Source: Myxococcota bacterium
GTDB lineage: Bacteria; Myxococcota_A; UBA796; CAJQPC01
Reading direction: 5' to 3'
Length of the DNA stretch: 64,000 nucleotides
Assembly (NCBI GenBank): GCA_036229005.1
Contig: JAZAMN010000054.1
Span: 1-64,000, forward strand
Shown: one piece after another, positions 29,124 through 39,017 of the stretch
Position numbering within the stretch: position 1 is the first letter of the stretch
Layout: each line of letters begins with the position of its first letter
Position numbers and translations under genes: made by a program
Notes under the pieces: model-generated
What the model saw: the letters and a program-made list of their open reading frames with translations, nothing else
What the model was told of the DNA's origin: nothing
Database searches by the model: none

Positions 29124-29852
29124 CTACAACCGCTCGATCACGACCTTCTTGAGCACCACATCCGTCACGGGCTTGTCCCCGGGGCCGCGGTCCACGTGGG
29201 TGATCTCCTTCACCTTGCCCACCTCTTCGCACTGGCCGAAGATGGTGTGCCGACCGGTCAGGTGCGGCGTGGGCGCCTCGGTGATGAAGAACTGCGAGCC
29301 GTTGGTGTTGGGCCCCGCGTTGGCCATCGCCAGCACGCCGGGCTTGTCGAAGGCGCGGTCGCTGTCCAGCTCGTCCTCGAACTTGTAGCCGGGACCGCCG
29401 GTGCCCGTGCCCAGGGGGTCGCCGCCCTGGATCATGAAGCCGGGGATGACCCGGTGGAAGGTGGTGCCGTCGTAGAGCGGCCCGTCCACCGTCTGGCCGG
29501 TGCGGGGGTGGGTCCAGGTCCGGGAGCCCTCGGCGAGCTGCACAAAGTTCAACACCGTCTTGGGCGCATCCTCCGGGAAGAGCTCGCAGTGGATGTCACC
29601 CAGGGAGGTCTTGAAGGTCGCTTTCAGCGGCTCACCGGGCTCCACACCGAGCTGGGACAGGGTGGCGGCCAGAGCCTGCGCTTCGACCTCCTCCGTCAGC
29701 GAGGCCACCCGGCTCTTGAGCGCCTCGTTCTCCCGCCGGGTGCGCTCGAGCTCCTCCTGGGTGGACTTGAGCTCGGACCGGGCGGAGTCGAGCTCCTCGA
29801 GCTGGGCGGCGCTGGGTCCGCAGGCGACAAGGGCCGCGAGCAGCATCAACAT
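29124..29852 (-). CDS. Cyclophilin-type PPIase lipoprotein with N-terminal coiled coil
   Basis: FHRVIPGFMIQGGDP, LAMANAGPNTNGSQFFIT, HTIFG. Lipobox LVAC. Confidence 0.95.
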   Translation of the reverse strand: MLMLLAALVACGPSAAQLEELDSARSELKSTQEELERTRRENEALKSRVASLTEEVEAQALAATLSQLGVEPGEPLKATFKTSLGDIHCELFPEDAPKTVLNFVQLAEGSRTWTHPRTGQTVDGPLYDGTTFHRVIPGFMIQGGDPLGTGTGGPGYKFEDELDSDRAFDKPGVLAMANAGPNTNGSQFFITEAPTPHLTGRHTIFGQCEEVGKVKEITHVDRGPGDKPVTDVVLKKVVIERL

Positions 29853-29960
29853 GGGACCTCCTGGGTTTCTGCTGCCGAACCTCACCCGATCCCCACCTCA
29901 GGTCAAGGGGACAGGGGTGCCCGGCCCGCTCCTTGTTAAGGATCTCCCTGGAGGTCCTTC

Positions 29961-30689
29961 ATGTTCCTGCTCCTGCTCGCATGCAGCGGCACCCGCTTCG
30001 AGGGGAGCGTCGTCGATGTCAACGGCGCGCCCGTGGCAGGAGCGATGGTCACCGTGGTCGGCCAGCCCTGCCAGACGGTCGTCCAGGAGGACGGGACCTT
30101 CTCCCTCCCCTGCGCCTCTGGGGTGCACGACCTGAGCGTCGGACGCTCCGGCTACCTCTCCCAGAGCTGGGAGCAGCTCGAGGCCACCGAGCGCAAGGCC
30201 TACGACCTGGGCCAGACCACCCTGGTCAAGGTCCCCGAGCAGGAGGGCCTGCTGGTGTTTCAGGCGGGCAGCTACCAGCCCATGGAGCGCGGCTTCCTGG
30301 TCAAGGACAGCGGCGGCCGCGGGGTCAAGCAGTTCCGTCACTACTGCCTGCCGGAGGGGGCCACCGAGCGCATGCCCGTCAACCGCTTCCCCGCCGGCGA
30401 GGTCGCCTTCTTCGACAACCACTCGGAGGGCTGGCGCCCCTGGAAGCTGGACCGGGAGGGCTGCGCCTACCGCATGTCGCCCACCAGCGAGACCCGCTGG
30501 GGCGTGGACTACTCCGAGAAGGCCGACTGGACCGAGACCCGCCTGGCCGAGGGGCAGAAGCTGGTCGTGATGACCCTGGAGCCCGGCGCATACTTCATCG
30601 CCGACTGGGGCAACGGCTTCTTCGTCAAGGGCGCCAGCGATGACCCCAAGATCCCCGGCTACAGCGGGGCTTTGGTGTTGGTGGAGTAG
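29961..30689 (+). CDS. Lipoprotein with carboxypeptidase-regulatory-like domain
   Basis: MFLLLLAC. GSVVDVNGAPVAGAMV...DGTFSL. Confidence 0.7.
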   Translation: MFLLLLACSGTRFEGSVVDVNGAPVAGAMVTVVGQPCQTVVQEDGTFSLPCASGVHDLSVGRSGYLSQSWEQLEATERKAYDLGQTTLVKVPEQEGLLVFQAGSYQPMERGFLVKDSGGRGVKQFRHYCLPEGATERMPVNRFPAGEVAFFDNHSEGWRPWKLDREGCAYRMSPTSETRWGVDYSEKADWTETRLAEGQKLVVMTLEPGAYFIADWGNGFFVKGASDDPKIPGYSGALVLVE

Positions 30690-30752
30690 CCCAAGGGGCG
30701 TGCAGATCCGGGCCAATGGGTTAGTCACCCAGCCCGTCTGCAAGGAGGCCCC

Positions 30753-31292
30753 GTGGAGTTCAAGGTTGGCGACAGAGCTGTCTACCCCGCACATGGTGTG
30801 GGAGTGATCACCTCCCTCCACGACGAGGACCTCGAGGGCGAGACCTACACCGTCTACACCTTCAAGGTGCTGGACAACGGCATGACCATCACCGTGCCCG
30901 TCCAGAACGCCGACGCCATCGGCATGCGGCACATCATCGACCCCAAGAGCATCGACAAGATCTACGACATCTTGCGGGACCGCGACACCCCCACGGACAA
31001 CCAGACCTGGAACCGTCGCTACCGCGAGTACATGACCAAGATCCGCACCGGTGACCCCCTCGAGGTCGCCAAGGTCCTCCGCGACCTGGCCCTGATGAAG
31101 ATGGAGAAGAGCCTCTCCTTCGGCGAGCGCAAGATGTTCGACCACGCGCGCAGCCTGCTGGTCCAGGAGATCGCCGTCTCCAAGGACAAGGAGGAGGACT
31201 CCATCCAGAAGGAGATCGAGGGCCTCTTCGTCGCCCAGCCCGAGGCTGCGGACAAGAAGAAGTCCAAGGGCCGCGCCAAGGCCAAGAAGTAG
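30753..31292 (+). CDS. carD: CarD/CdnL family RNA polymerase-binding factor
   Basis: FKVGDRAVYPAHGVG, QTWNRRYRE, LSFGERKM. Confidence 0.93.
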   Translation: MEFKVGDRAVYPAHGVGVITSLHDEDLEGETYTVYTFKVLDNGMTITVPVQNADAIGMRHIIDPKSIDKIYDILRDRDTPTDNQTWNRRYREYMTKIRTGDPLEVAKVLRDLALMKMEKSLSFGERKMFDHARSLLVQEIAVSKDKEEDSIQKEIEGLFVAQPEAADKKKSKGRAKAKK

Positions 31293-31340
31293 TCACACCG
31301 CGGCCCCCGCTGGGGCCGCCACATCTCGGGGAGAGCCACC

Positions 31341-32852
31341 GTGGCCCTGCAGCTCTACAACACCCTCTCCCGCAGCCTCGAGGACTTCCAGCCCATCGAG
31401 CCGGGCAAGGTCCGCATCTACGTCTGCGGGATGACCACCTACGACTACTGCCACATCGGCCACGCCCGGGCGATGATGTCCTTCGACGTGGTCGTGCGCT
31501 ACCTGCGCCACGCCGGCTACGAGGTCACCTACGTCCGCAACCACACCGACGTGGACGACAAGATCATCGCCCGCGCCGCCGAGCTCGGCGAGCCGCCCCT
31601 GGCCCTGTCCGCCCGCTTCATCGACGCGCTGGACCAGGACCTGGACGCCCTGGGCCTCATCCGCCCGGACATCGCCCCCAAGGTCAGCGAGCACATCGAC
31701 GGCATCGTCGCGATGACCGCCACCCTGGTCGACAAGGGCCACGCCTACCCCGCCGACAACGGCGACGTGTACTTCGCGGTCGAGTCCTTCGACCGCTACG
31801 GCAAGCTCTCCGGGCGCAAGCTGGACGAGCTGAGGGCTGGGGAGCGCGTCGCAGTGGACCCCAACAAGCGCAACCCCGGTGACTTCGCCCTGTGGAAGGG
31901 CGCGAAGGAAGGCGAGGTCGCTTGGGACAGCCCCTGGGGCCCCGGCCGCCCCGGCTGGCACATCGAGTGCTCCGTGATGAGCTCCGCCCACCTGGGCGAG
32001 CGCTTCGACATCCACGGCGGCGGCATCGACCTGATCTTCCCCCACCACGAGAACGAGATCGCCCAGTCCGAGTGCGCCCACGGGTCCCACCCCATGGCCA
32101 ACCACTGGATGCACAACGGGCACCTCTCCGTGGTCGAGCGGGACGAGGACGGTCAGTGGCAGCAGATCAAGATGTCCAAGTCCCTGGGCAACGTGATCCG
32201 CATCCGCGACGTGCTGGCCGAGATGCCCGCCGAGGCCCTGCGCTGGGTCTACGTGCAGAGCCACTACCGCAGCCCCCTGCCCTACTCGGCCGAGGCCCTG
32301 CAGGACGCAATGGCGACCATGTCCCGCGTCTACGAGGCCAAGGAGCGCGCGACCGAGATCGCCGCCAAGGAGCCCAAGGCCAGCGCCGAGCAGCTCGCCA
32401 AGGAGTCCGGCGCGGCCAAGGAGCTCTACGCTCTGGCCGCCGGCTTCCAGGACGCCTTCAACGAGGCCATGGACCAGGACTTCAACACGGCCAAGGCCAG
32501 CTCCCTGCTGCTGGAGCTGGTGCGCACCGTGAACCGCCTGTCCAACGACAAGTCCATGCGCAAGCGCGGCGCCGCCCTGATGGCCATGGTGCTGGGCGCC
32601 TTCGAGACCAGCGCCAAGGTGCTGGGCATCGGCGGCATGGACCCCGAGGCCTTCTTCGCCGAGCTGCGCGACAAGCAGGCCAAGGTGCGCGGACTGGACA
32701 CCGCCTGGGTCGAGGCCCAGCTCGTGGCCCGCACCCAGGCCCGCACGGACAAGGACTGGGCCGCCGCCGACCAGATCCGCGACGCGCTGCTCGACAAGGG
32801 CGTGCAGATCATGGACAACCCCAGCGGGGTGACCTGGCGCGTCCAGCTCTGA
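31341..32852 (+). CDS. cysS: Cysteine--tRNA ligase
   Basis: YVCG, HIGH, DFALWK, GRPGWHIECS, HHENEIAQS, KMSKS. Confidence 0.98.
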   Translation: MALQLYNTLSRSLEDFQPIEPGKVRIYVCGMTTYDYCHIGHARAMMSFDVVVRYLRHAGYEVTYVRNHTDVDDKIIARAAELGEPPLALSARFIDALDQDLDALGLIRPDIAPKVSEHIDGIVAMTATLVDKGHAYPADNGDVYFAVESFDRYGKLSGRKLDELRAGERVAVDPNKRNPGDFALWKGAKEGEVAWDSPWGPGRPGWHIECSVMSSAHLGERFDIHGGGIDLIFPHHENEIAQSECAHGSHPMANHWMHNGHLSVVERDEDGQWQQIKMSKSLGNVIRIRDVLAEMPAEALRWVYVQSHYRSPLPYSAEALQDAMATMSRVYEAKERATEIAAKEPKASAEQLAKESGAAKELYALAAGFQDAFNEAMDQDFNTAKASSLLLELVRTVNRLSNDKSMRKRGAALMAMVLGAFETSAKVLGIGGMDPEAFFAELRDKQAKVRGLDTAWVEAQLVARTQARTDKDWAAADQIRDALLDKGVQIMDNPSGVTWRVQL

Positions 32853-32861
32853 GGGCTGGCC

Positions 32862-33473
32862 GTGGCCTGGTACTCCTGGTTCTCCAGCTTCTATGACCAG
32901 GCCCTGGAGGGGCTCTACGCCCCCTTCCGGGAGCAGGCCTACGCCCAGATCCGTCCCGGCGCCCGGGACGCGCTCCTGCTCCCCTGCGGCACCGGCCAGG
33001 ATCTCCCTCCGCTGATCCCCCGACTCGCACCAGGCGCCCGTCTGACCTGTATGGACCTCGACGGCGGGATGATCGCCAAGGCCCGCGCGCGCGCCACGCA
33101 GTTCGAGCGGTGTGCCCTGGAGTTTGTGGAGGGAGAGGCTGCAAGCCTCGGCCAGCACTTCGACCAAAACTCCCTGGATCTGGTGGTGTTTCCCCTGGGG
33201 CTGAGCGTCATCCCCGAACCCGAGGACACCCTGGCGCTGGCCTGGTCCCGGCTCCGGCCCGGGGGGCAGTGCCTGATCTTCGACTGCTGGGCCCGCGAGC
33301 GCACCCTGGCGACCTGGTCGGTGGAGCTGGTGGCGCAGGCCGATGTTTCGCGCACGCCCTTCAAGAAGCTGGAGGCGCTGGCGCAGGACTACGAGTTCAC
33401 CCTGCTGCCGGAGGCCTCGCCGTGGACCTTCGGGGGGGAGCTCTACGTGGCGAACGCAGTGAAGGGCGAATGA
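32862..33473 (+). CDS. Class I SAM-dependent methyltransferase
   Basis: CGTG motif I, D.DGGM, LRPGGQCLIFD. Confidence 0.8.
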   Translation: MAWYSWFSSFYDQALEGLYAPFREQAYAQIRPGARDALLLPCGTGQDLPPLIPRLAPGARLTCMDLDGGMIAKARARATQFERCALEFVEGEAASLGQHFDQNSLDLVVFPLGLSVIPEPEDTLALAWSRLRPGGQCLIFDCWARERTLATWSVELVAQADVSRTPFKKLEALAQDYEFTLLPEASPWTFGGELYVANAVKGE

Positions 33474-33535
33474 TCAGCAAGCTGATTTCTGCTTGCTTAT
33501 TCAAGCGTGCTGACTAACATGAAGGTGTTCCAGTC
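33473..33535. promoter_or_regulatory. AT-richer palindromic region, candidate MarR operator/promoter
   Basis: atcagc-aa-gctgat and gcttg...caagc inverted repeats upstream of the GST-MarR operon. Confidence 0.4.
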
Positions 33536-33547
33536 AAGGAGACCCTC

Positions 33548-34159
33548 ATGCGCCTGCACTTCCATCCCCTGTCCGGCTGCTCTCGCCGTGTCCTCACCTT
33601 CCTGGCCGTCCACGACATCCCCTTCGAGCCCACCGTTGTGGCGCTGGAGCGTGGAGAGCACAAGCAGCCCGGCTACCTGGCGTTGAACCCAGCCGGGCGA
33701 GTCCCTGCGTGGGAGGACGAGACGGTAGGCGTGCTCACGGAGTCCCTCGCGATCCTGCGCTACTTGGCGGAGCGCCACGCTCCAGAAGCGCTGGGAGAGG
33801 GCCCGGCCGAGCGCGCCAGGGTCGACCAGTGGAGCGCGTGGGCGCTGGCTCACCCCAGCGCGCTCGCTGGGCGCCTGAACGCAGAGACGGGGCTCAAGCG
33901 GATGACCGGGCAGCCCGTGGATGCGGACGCAGCAGCGGCTGCAGCCAGCGCCCTGAACCAGGAGCTTGAGCGCGCGGCGGACGTCCTGAGCGCTCGCCCC
34001 TTCCTGGCTGCGGAGCGCCCGACGCTCGCGGACTACGTGCTGGGGCCCAACCTGGAGTCCACCATAGCGCTCGCTGGCTGGACACCGGAGCAGCCCGCGC
34101 TCCGAGCGTGGCTCGAGCGGCTGCAGGCGCAGCCGAACTGGCCTATCATCGAGAGATGA
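33548..34159 (+). CDS. Glutathione S-transferase family protein
   Basis: LNPAGRVP, ESLAILRYLAE, TLAD. Confidence 0.92.
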   Translation: MRLHFHPLSGCSRRVLTFLAVHDIPFEPTVVALERGEHKQPGYLALNPAGRVPAWEDETVGVLTESLAILRYLAERHAPEALGEGPAERARVDQWSAWALAHPSALAGRLNAETGLKRMTGQPVDADAAAAAASALNQELERAADVLSARPFLAAERPTLADYVLGPNLESTIALAGWTPEQPALRAWLERLQAQPNWPIIER

Positions 34160-34581
34160 CGCCACTGCCCGTCGGCTATCTGCTCAAGCGAACCCACCTG
34201 CTCTACCGGGGCCTGATGGATGGACGACTGGCCCCCTTGGAGTGCTCCGCCGCGATGTATGAGGTGCTGTTCCACCTGCACCACGGCGGCCCCCAGAGCG
34301 GCTCACAGGTCGCAGCCGCGGCGGGCGTGACCCCGCAGACCATGCACCGACAGACCAAGGGCATGCTGGAGGCCGGGCTGCTGGAGGCCCGCGCCGGCCG
34401 CGGCCGGGCCATCACCTTGGCCCTCACGCCGGCGGGAGAGACCCTGTTCGGGCGCGCCTGCGACGAGCTGGAGGCGCTGGAGGCCCAGCTCGCCCAGGGG
34501 CTGAGTGCGGACGAGCGGGCGGAGCTGGGGCGTCTGCTGCAGCGCGCAGAGCAGAACCTGCAGCCCCTCCCGAGCGACTGA
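34156..34581 (+). CDS. MarR family transcriptional regulator
   Basis: ATGA overlap. wHTH VAAAAGVTPQTM...LTPAG. Confidence 0.88.
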   Translation: MTPLPVGYLLKRTHLLYRGLMDGRLAPLECSAAMYEVLFHLHHGGPQSGSQVAAAAGVTPQTMHRQTKGMLEAGLLEARAGRGRAITLALTPAGETLFGRACDELEALEAQLAQGLSADERAELGRLLQRAEQNLQPLPSD

Positions 34582-34608
34582 GCCCACAGGGACGGGTCCC
34601 CAGAGCGA

Positions 34609-34642
34609 CTGAGCCTGTCCTCGTTGGCAAGGACAGGCTCAG
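34609..34642. terminator. Strong hairpin between convergent genes
   Basis: 13-bp stem ctgagcctgtcct/aggacaggctcag. No U-tract. Confidence 0.5.
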
Positions 34643-34673
34643 AGATGCGCGCGGGGTCAGAGCCCCAGGCGGT

Positions 34674-35732
34674 TCACTGCACGAGGACCATGTTGCAGGC
34701 GACCTCGACCTGCTCCTTCTTGCCCTCGCAGGTGGTGTAGCGCACGATCTCGGCGATGTGGGCGCCGGGCTCGCTGAACTTCTGGGAGAAGTGGTAGCGG
34801 GCCTCCTGCTTGCCGTTGAAGTCGACCATCTCGGCGGCGTTGTCCTTGGACACGGACTTGTAGTCCACCCAGACGTCGTAGGAGGCCGTGCAGCCCTCCT
34901 TGAGCTCGCGGCCGTCGGTCCCGATGTAGTGGTAGTGGACCTCCTCGTCCGCGCCGAAGCCGCACTGGTTGGGCAGGCAGGGCTTGACGTCCTCTTCGGT
35001 CGCGGGGAACTCGGCGGCCTTCATGGCGATCATGTCGGCGCTGTCGGTGCAGTGCTCGAACATGAACTCCTCGTCGCTCTTGACGAAGAAGTCGGTGCCG
35101 ACGGGGTTGGAGTCTTCCTTCATCTCCCCGTTGTAGATGGTCATGTAGTTGTCGGTGATCCGGAGCTGGCACTTCTTCTCGTGCACCTTGACGTACACGC
35201 GGCCCTGGAGCTTGTTGCCCAGGTTGTTGTTGTTCAGCACGAACTGGTCCCACTTGTCGCCGTCCTTGAACTTGGCGACGGTCTCGGCGGCCTCCTTGGA
35301 GCCCGCGTCGAAGGCGGCCTGGTCGACGCCGCGGTCGATCTTCTGGATGGCCTCCAGGGTGCACTCCTGGCCGACGACCATCAGGGCCTGGCACCAGTCC
35401 TTGACCTTGGGCTTCTCGAAGCACTCGAGCTCGTCGCCGTCCTTGTTCTTGCGGCACTCGAAGTCGTAGACGTCCGAGTAGGAGCCGACGGTGTACTTGG
35501 CGACCAGCTTGCCGTCCTGGGTGACGAACTTCATGCGGGTCTGCTCGTCGGGGGCGCGGGAGCCGTCGGACTCGAGCTTGTCGTACATCCAGGTGGTGCC
35601 GTCCAGGCCATCCAGGGTCAGACCACACTCGCCGGTGGCCTCTTCGCCCAGGTTCAGGCTGTTGCCCTTCTCCTCGCAGGCGACCAGGCCAAGGGTGAGG
35701 CCCACCAGGCCCAGCAGAGTCAGCTTCTTCAT
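34674..35732 (-). CDS. Cys-rich lipoprotein, unknown function
   Basis: MKKLTLLGLVGLTLGLVAC lipobox. Strongly biased codon usage. Confidence 0.75.
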   Translation of the reverse strand: MKKLTLLGLVGLTLGLVACEEKGNSLNLGEEATGECGLTLDGLDGTTWMYDKLESDGSRAPDEQTRMKFVTQDGKLVAKYTVGSYSDVYDFECRKNKDGDELECFEKPKVKDWCQALMVVGQECTLEAIQKIDRGVDQAAFDAGSKEAAETVAKFKDGDKWDQFVLNNNNLGNKLQGRVYVKVHEKKCQLRITDNYMTIYNGEMKEDSNPVGTDFFVKSDEEFMFEHCTDSADMIAMKAAEFPATEEDVKPCLPNQCGFGADEEVHYHYIGTDGRELKEGCTASYDVWVDYKSVSKDNAAEMVDFNGKQEARYHFSQKFSEPGAHIAEIVRYTTCEGKKEQVEVACNMVLVQ

Positions 35733-35898
35733 CGGAACCTCCAGAGGTGGCGGGGTCGTGGCTGCCGCCGCCAAAAAGTTGCCGAACCATACCAGAGGCG
35801 TCGATCCCACCGAGGCCTCCGCCGGGGTGCCGGGTCAGGATTTCGACAGCCTTTGACAGGGGGTTAGGGCCCCCGCACAACCGCCCCCAGGAGAGACC

Positions 35899-36624
35899 AT
35901 GCGCCCCGACGGCCGTACCCCCGAGCAGCTCCGCCCCGTGAGCTTCGAGCTGAACACCGCCCTCCACGCAGAAGGAAGCTGCATCGTCGCCTTTGGCGAC
36001 ACCCGGGTGTGGTGCACCGCGTCGGTGGACGAGCGCCTCCCCCGCTGGCGCAAGGACTCCGGGCTGGGCTGGGTCACCGCCGAGTACCGCATGCTGCCCC
36101 GCGCCACCGACACCCGCTCCCGCCGCGAGGGCGACCGCATCAAGGGCCGCACGGCCGAGATCCAGCGCCTGATCGGCCGCAGCCTGCGCGCCGCCGTGGA
36201 CTTCGAGAAGCTGGGTGAGCGCGTGATCACCATCGACTGTGACGTGCTCGCCGCAGACGGTGGCACCCGCACCGCCGCCATCACTGGAGGCTTCGTCGCG
36301 ATGGCCTTGGCCATCCGTGGGCTGATGGAGAAGGGCCTGATCGCCCAGAACCCCCTCACCCACACCGTCTCCGCCGTGTCCGTCGGCATCGTGGACGGCC
36401 GCCCCGTGTTGGACCTGCCCTACGTCGAGGACGTCGCCGCCGAGACCGACATGAACGTGGTGATGACCGACGCCGGCAGCTTCATCGAGGTGCAGGGCAC
36501 CGCCGAGGGCGCCCCCTACTCCCGCGCCGAGCTGAACGCGCTGCTGGACCTGGCCGAGCACGGCTGCAAGGGCCTGGTCGAGGCGCAGCACGCCGCTCTG
36601 GACTGGCCGGAGCTGAGCGCATGA
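35899..36624 (+). CDS. rph: Ribonuclease PH
   Basis: [49 protein letters not shown]. Confidence 0.97.
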   Translation: MRPDGRTPEQLRPVSFELNTALHAEGSCIVAFGDTRVWCTASVDERLPRWRKDSGLGWVTAEYRMLPRATDTRSRREGDRIKGRTAEIQRLIGRSLRAAVDFEKLGERVITIDCDVLAADGGTRTAAITGGFVAMALAIRGLMEKGLIAQNPLTHTVSAVSVGIVDGRPVLDLPYVEDVAAETDMNVVMTDAGSFIEVQGTAEGAPYSRAELNALLDLAEHGCKGLVEAQHAALDWPELSA

Positions 36625-37211
36625 GCCGCTGGATCCTGGCCTCCAACAACGCCCACAAGGTCGAGGAGATCGGGCGGGTGCTGGGCCCTCAGGGGATCCG
36701 ACTGCACCCCCTGAGCGACTTCCCCGAGATCCCAGAGCCGCCGGAGACGGGGGCCACCTTCGAGGACAACGCGCTGCAGAAGGCCCGCTTTGTGTTCGAG
36801 CGCACCGGGCTGCCCTGCATCGCCGACGACTCCGGGCTGGAGGTGGACGCGCTGGGTGGCGCTCCGGGCGTGCACTCCAAGCGCTTCACGCCGCAGGCCA
36901 CCGCGGAGGCCAACAACGCCCACCTGCTGGAGCGCCTGGAGGGCGTGAGCGCGCGCGGCGCCCGCTTTGTGTGCGCGCTGGCCGTGGTGTCCTCGACGGT
37001 GGAGGAGGTCTGGCGCGGGACCTGCGAGGGCTCGATCGGCCTGGAAGCTAGGGGCGGAAATGGCTTTGGCTACGATCCCCTCTTCCTCCCCGAGCAGGCC
37101 CCGGGCAAGACGATGGCGGAGCTGCCGCCGGCCGAGAAGGACCGCATCGGACACCGCGGCCGGGCCCTGGAGCGGCTGCCCGCGGTGCTGGAGAAGCTGC
37201 AGCAGGGGTGA
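36621..37211 (+). CDS. rdgB: Non-canonical purine NTP pyrophosphatase
   Basis: [21 protein letters not shown]. Classic rph-rdgB order. Confidence 0.95.
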   Translation: MSRWILASNNAHKVEEIGRVLGPQGIRLHPLSDFPEIPEPPETGATFEDNALQKARFVFERTGLPCIADDSGLEVDALGGAPGVHSKRFTPQATAEANNAHLLERLEGVSARGARFVCALAVVSSTVEEVWRGTCEGSIGLEARGGNGFGYDPLFLPEQAPGKTMAELPPAEKDRIGHRGRALERLPAVLEKLQQG

Positions 37212-37270
37212 AACCGACCGGCGAATGGGGCATCCTGCGGGCGGACCCTTCTGTCATGGAGACGACCAGA

Positions 37271-37762
37271 ATGAAGAAGTTCGCGATCGCAGGCCTGCTC
37301 CTGCCCCTGGTGGCGCTGAGCGCGTGCAGCAAGGATGAGCCCACGGACTCCGCCGGTGCCCTGAGCGAAGAGGAGCTCGCCACGATGCTGTGGGACGAGA
37401 TCCAGGGCTACGAGAGCTGGGACACCCCCGAGAGCTGGCCCGAGAACTCGGTGAGCGCAGACGGCACCCACGGCGCCTACGTGTCCATCTACATCAACGA
37501 CGTGGAGGCCGCGGGCGGCGGCGACGGCGCCATCATCGTGAAGAAGGGCTACGACTCGGCCGAGGGCGCGGACCCCAAGGACGGCGTGACCGTGATGTGG
37601 AAGACCGCCGACTTCGAGTCCGAGAGCGGCTGGTTCTGGGCCAAGTACGACGACGCGGGCGAGGCCTCCGTGACCGGCGAGGCCGGGGCCTGCACGGGCT
37701 GCCACAGCGCCAGCAGCGACTACCAGACCTACAAGAGCAACTCCCCGGGCACGGAGGAGTAG
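37271..37762 (+). CDS. Cytochrome P460-family lipoprotein
   Basis: Lipobox LSAC. DGAIIVKK, VMWK, GWFWAKY, C-terminal CTGCH. Confidence 0.75.
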   Translation: MKKFAIAGLLLPLVALSACSKDEPTDSAGALSEEELATMLWDEIQGYESWDTPESWPENSVSADGTHGAYVSIYINDVEAAGGGDGAIIVKKGYDSAEGADPKDGVTVMWKTADFESESGWFWAKYDDAGEASVTGEAGACTGCHSASSDYQTYKSNSPGTEE

Positions 37763-37787
37763 CGCTCAGCCGGCGGGCCTGTGGTGC

Positions 37788-38930
37788 TCAGCGCAGCCCA
37801 CAGACCCCGCCGGTCGAGGAGCCATCCCGGCTGCAAGGCAGGTCGTTCCAGCCGCCGCTGCCCAGGGGGTGGTTGATGTGGACGCAGTCCTCGCCGCCGG
37901 AGTTGTTGGGCTCGCCGGGGGAGAAGTCCCGGTAGCTGGAGTCGGAGCCGTCGGCCCAGACGAACTTGCCCTCTTTGCTGCGGTCGTTCAGGCCCAGCCA
38001 CGGGGACTGCGTGGCGGAGAAGCCCGCGTCGTCCAGGAGCTGCAACACCAGCTCGGCCTCGAGGGCGTCGCTGATGCTGGCCAGGTCGTCGTAGCCCGCG
38101 GCCTTGCAGGTGCTGCGCCAGGAGGACCAGTCGTCGTTCTGGGGGCAGACGGCGAAGTAGGCCACGCCCGACCAGTCGGCCTCGCAGTCCAGGGTGTCGC
38201 AGTCGCTGTCCACGCCGTCCCCGTAGACATCGCCGGCCTGCGGGTAGGTGCTGGGGTCGCTGTCGTCGCAGTCGCCGGAGAGGGTGGAGCGCCCCGGGCC
38301 CACCGCGCAGGCCAGGGTGGTCTGGGCCTCGTCGCCGAAGCCGTCGCCGTCGGCGTCCACAAAGAAGGACTGGCCCAGGCTGGGGTCCAGGCTGTCGTCG
38401 GCGTCATCGCTCAGGCCGTCGCAGTCGTCGTCCACGCCGTTGCAGACCTCGGCGGCGTCGGGGTGGATGTCCGCGCTGTGGTCATCGCAGTCCCCTCCCC
38501 GCTCCACGAACCCGGTGGGCTGCACGCAGGCGGAGAGGGCCTCGTCGTCGCGGCCGAAGCCGTCCCCGTCGTGGTCGGGGAAGAAGACGCTGGCGGTGCC
38601 CAGGTCCAGGCGGTTGTCGTCGTCGTCGGAGCGGCCATCGCAGTCGTCGTCCCGCCCGTTGCACACCTCCTGGGCATCGGGGTGCACCGTTGCATCGTCG
38701 TCATCGCAGTCCCGAGCGAGGTCAACGAAGCCGCTGGGGGCCTCGCAGGCCAGGGTGCTCTGGTCGGCGTCGCCGTAGCCGTCGCCGTCGGCGTCGGCGT
38801 AGAAGGTGCGCTCGACGCAGGCGGGGGCGGTGTCGGTCCCGGTGTCCTCGACTGGGACGGGATCCGGGCTGCAGGCGCTGAGGGCCACGGAGCTCAGGAG
38901 GGTGAGGACGAAGGGGGCGCGGCGGGACAT
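37788..38930 (-). CDS. Lipoprotein with MopE-related (putative metal-binding) repeats and C-type lectin domain
   Basis: Repeats DADGDG.G / DCDD...HP.A.EVCNG.DDDCDG. C-terminal WLGLND...GEPNN...EDC...WNDLPC. Confidence 0.88.
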   Translation of the reverse strand: MSRRAPFVLTLLSSVALSACSPDPVPVEDTGTDTAPACVERTFYADADGDGYGDADQSTLACEAPSGFVDLARDCDDDDATVHPDAQEVCNGRDDDCDGRSDDDDNRLDLGTASVFFPDHDGDGFGRDDEALSACVQPTGFVERGGDCDDHSADIHPDAAEVCNGVDDDCDGLSDDADDSLDPSLGQSFFVDADGDGFGDEAQTTLACAVGPGRSTLSGDCDDSDPSTYPQAGDVYGDGVDSDCDTLDCEADWSGVAYFAVCPQNDDWSSWRSTCKAAGYDDLASISDALEAELVLQLLDDAGFSATQSPWLGLNDRSKEGKFVWADGSDSSYRDFSPGEPNNSGGEDCVHINHPLGSGGWNDLPCSRDGSSTGGVCGLR

Positions 38931-39017
38931 TCTGGCTCCTCTCTGGGTGCCCTCAGCCTAGCCGCGCACGCCCCCTGGCTCCGCTTATTGGCCCTTAAAG
39001 CGGGCCCCCCATCGGGG

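Noticed and set aside
28472..29388. ORFs spanning the repeats (also 60449-61857)
   Set aside because: They are translations of GC-rich palindromic repeats with no RBS or codon bias.
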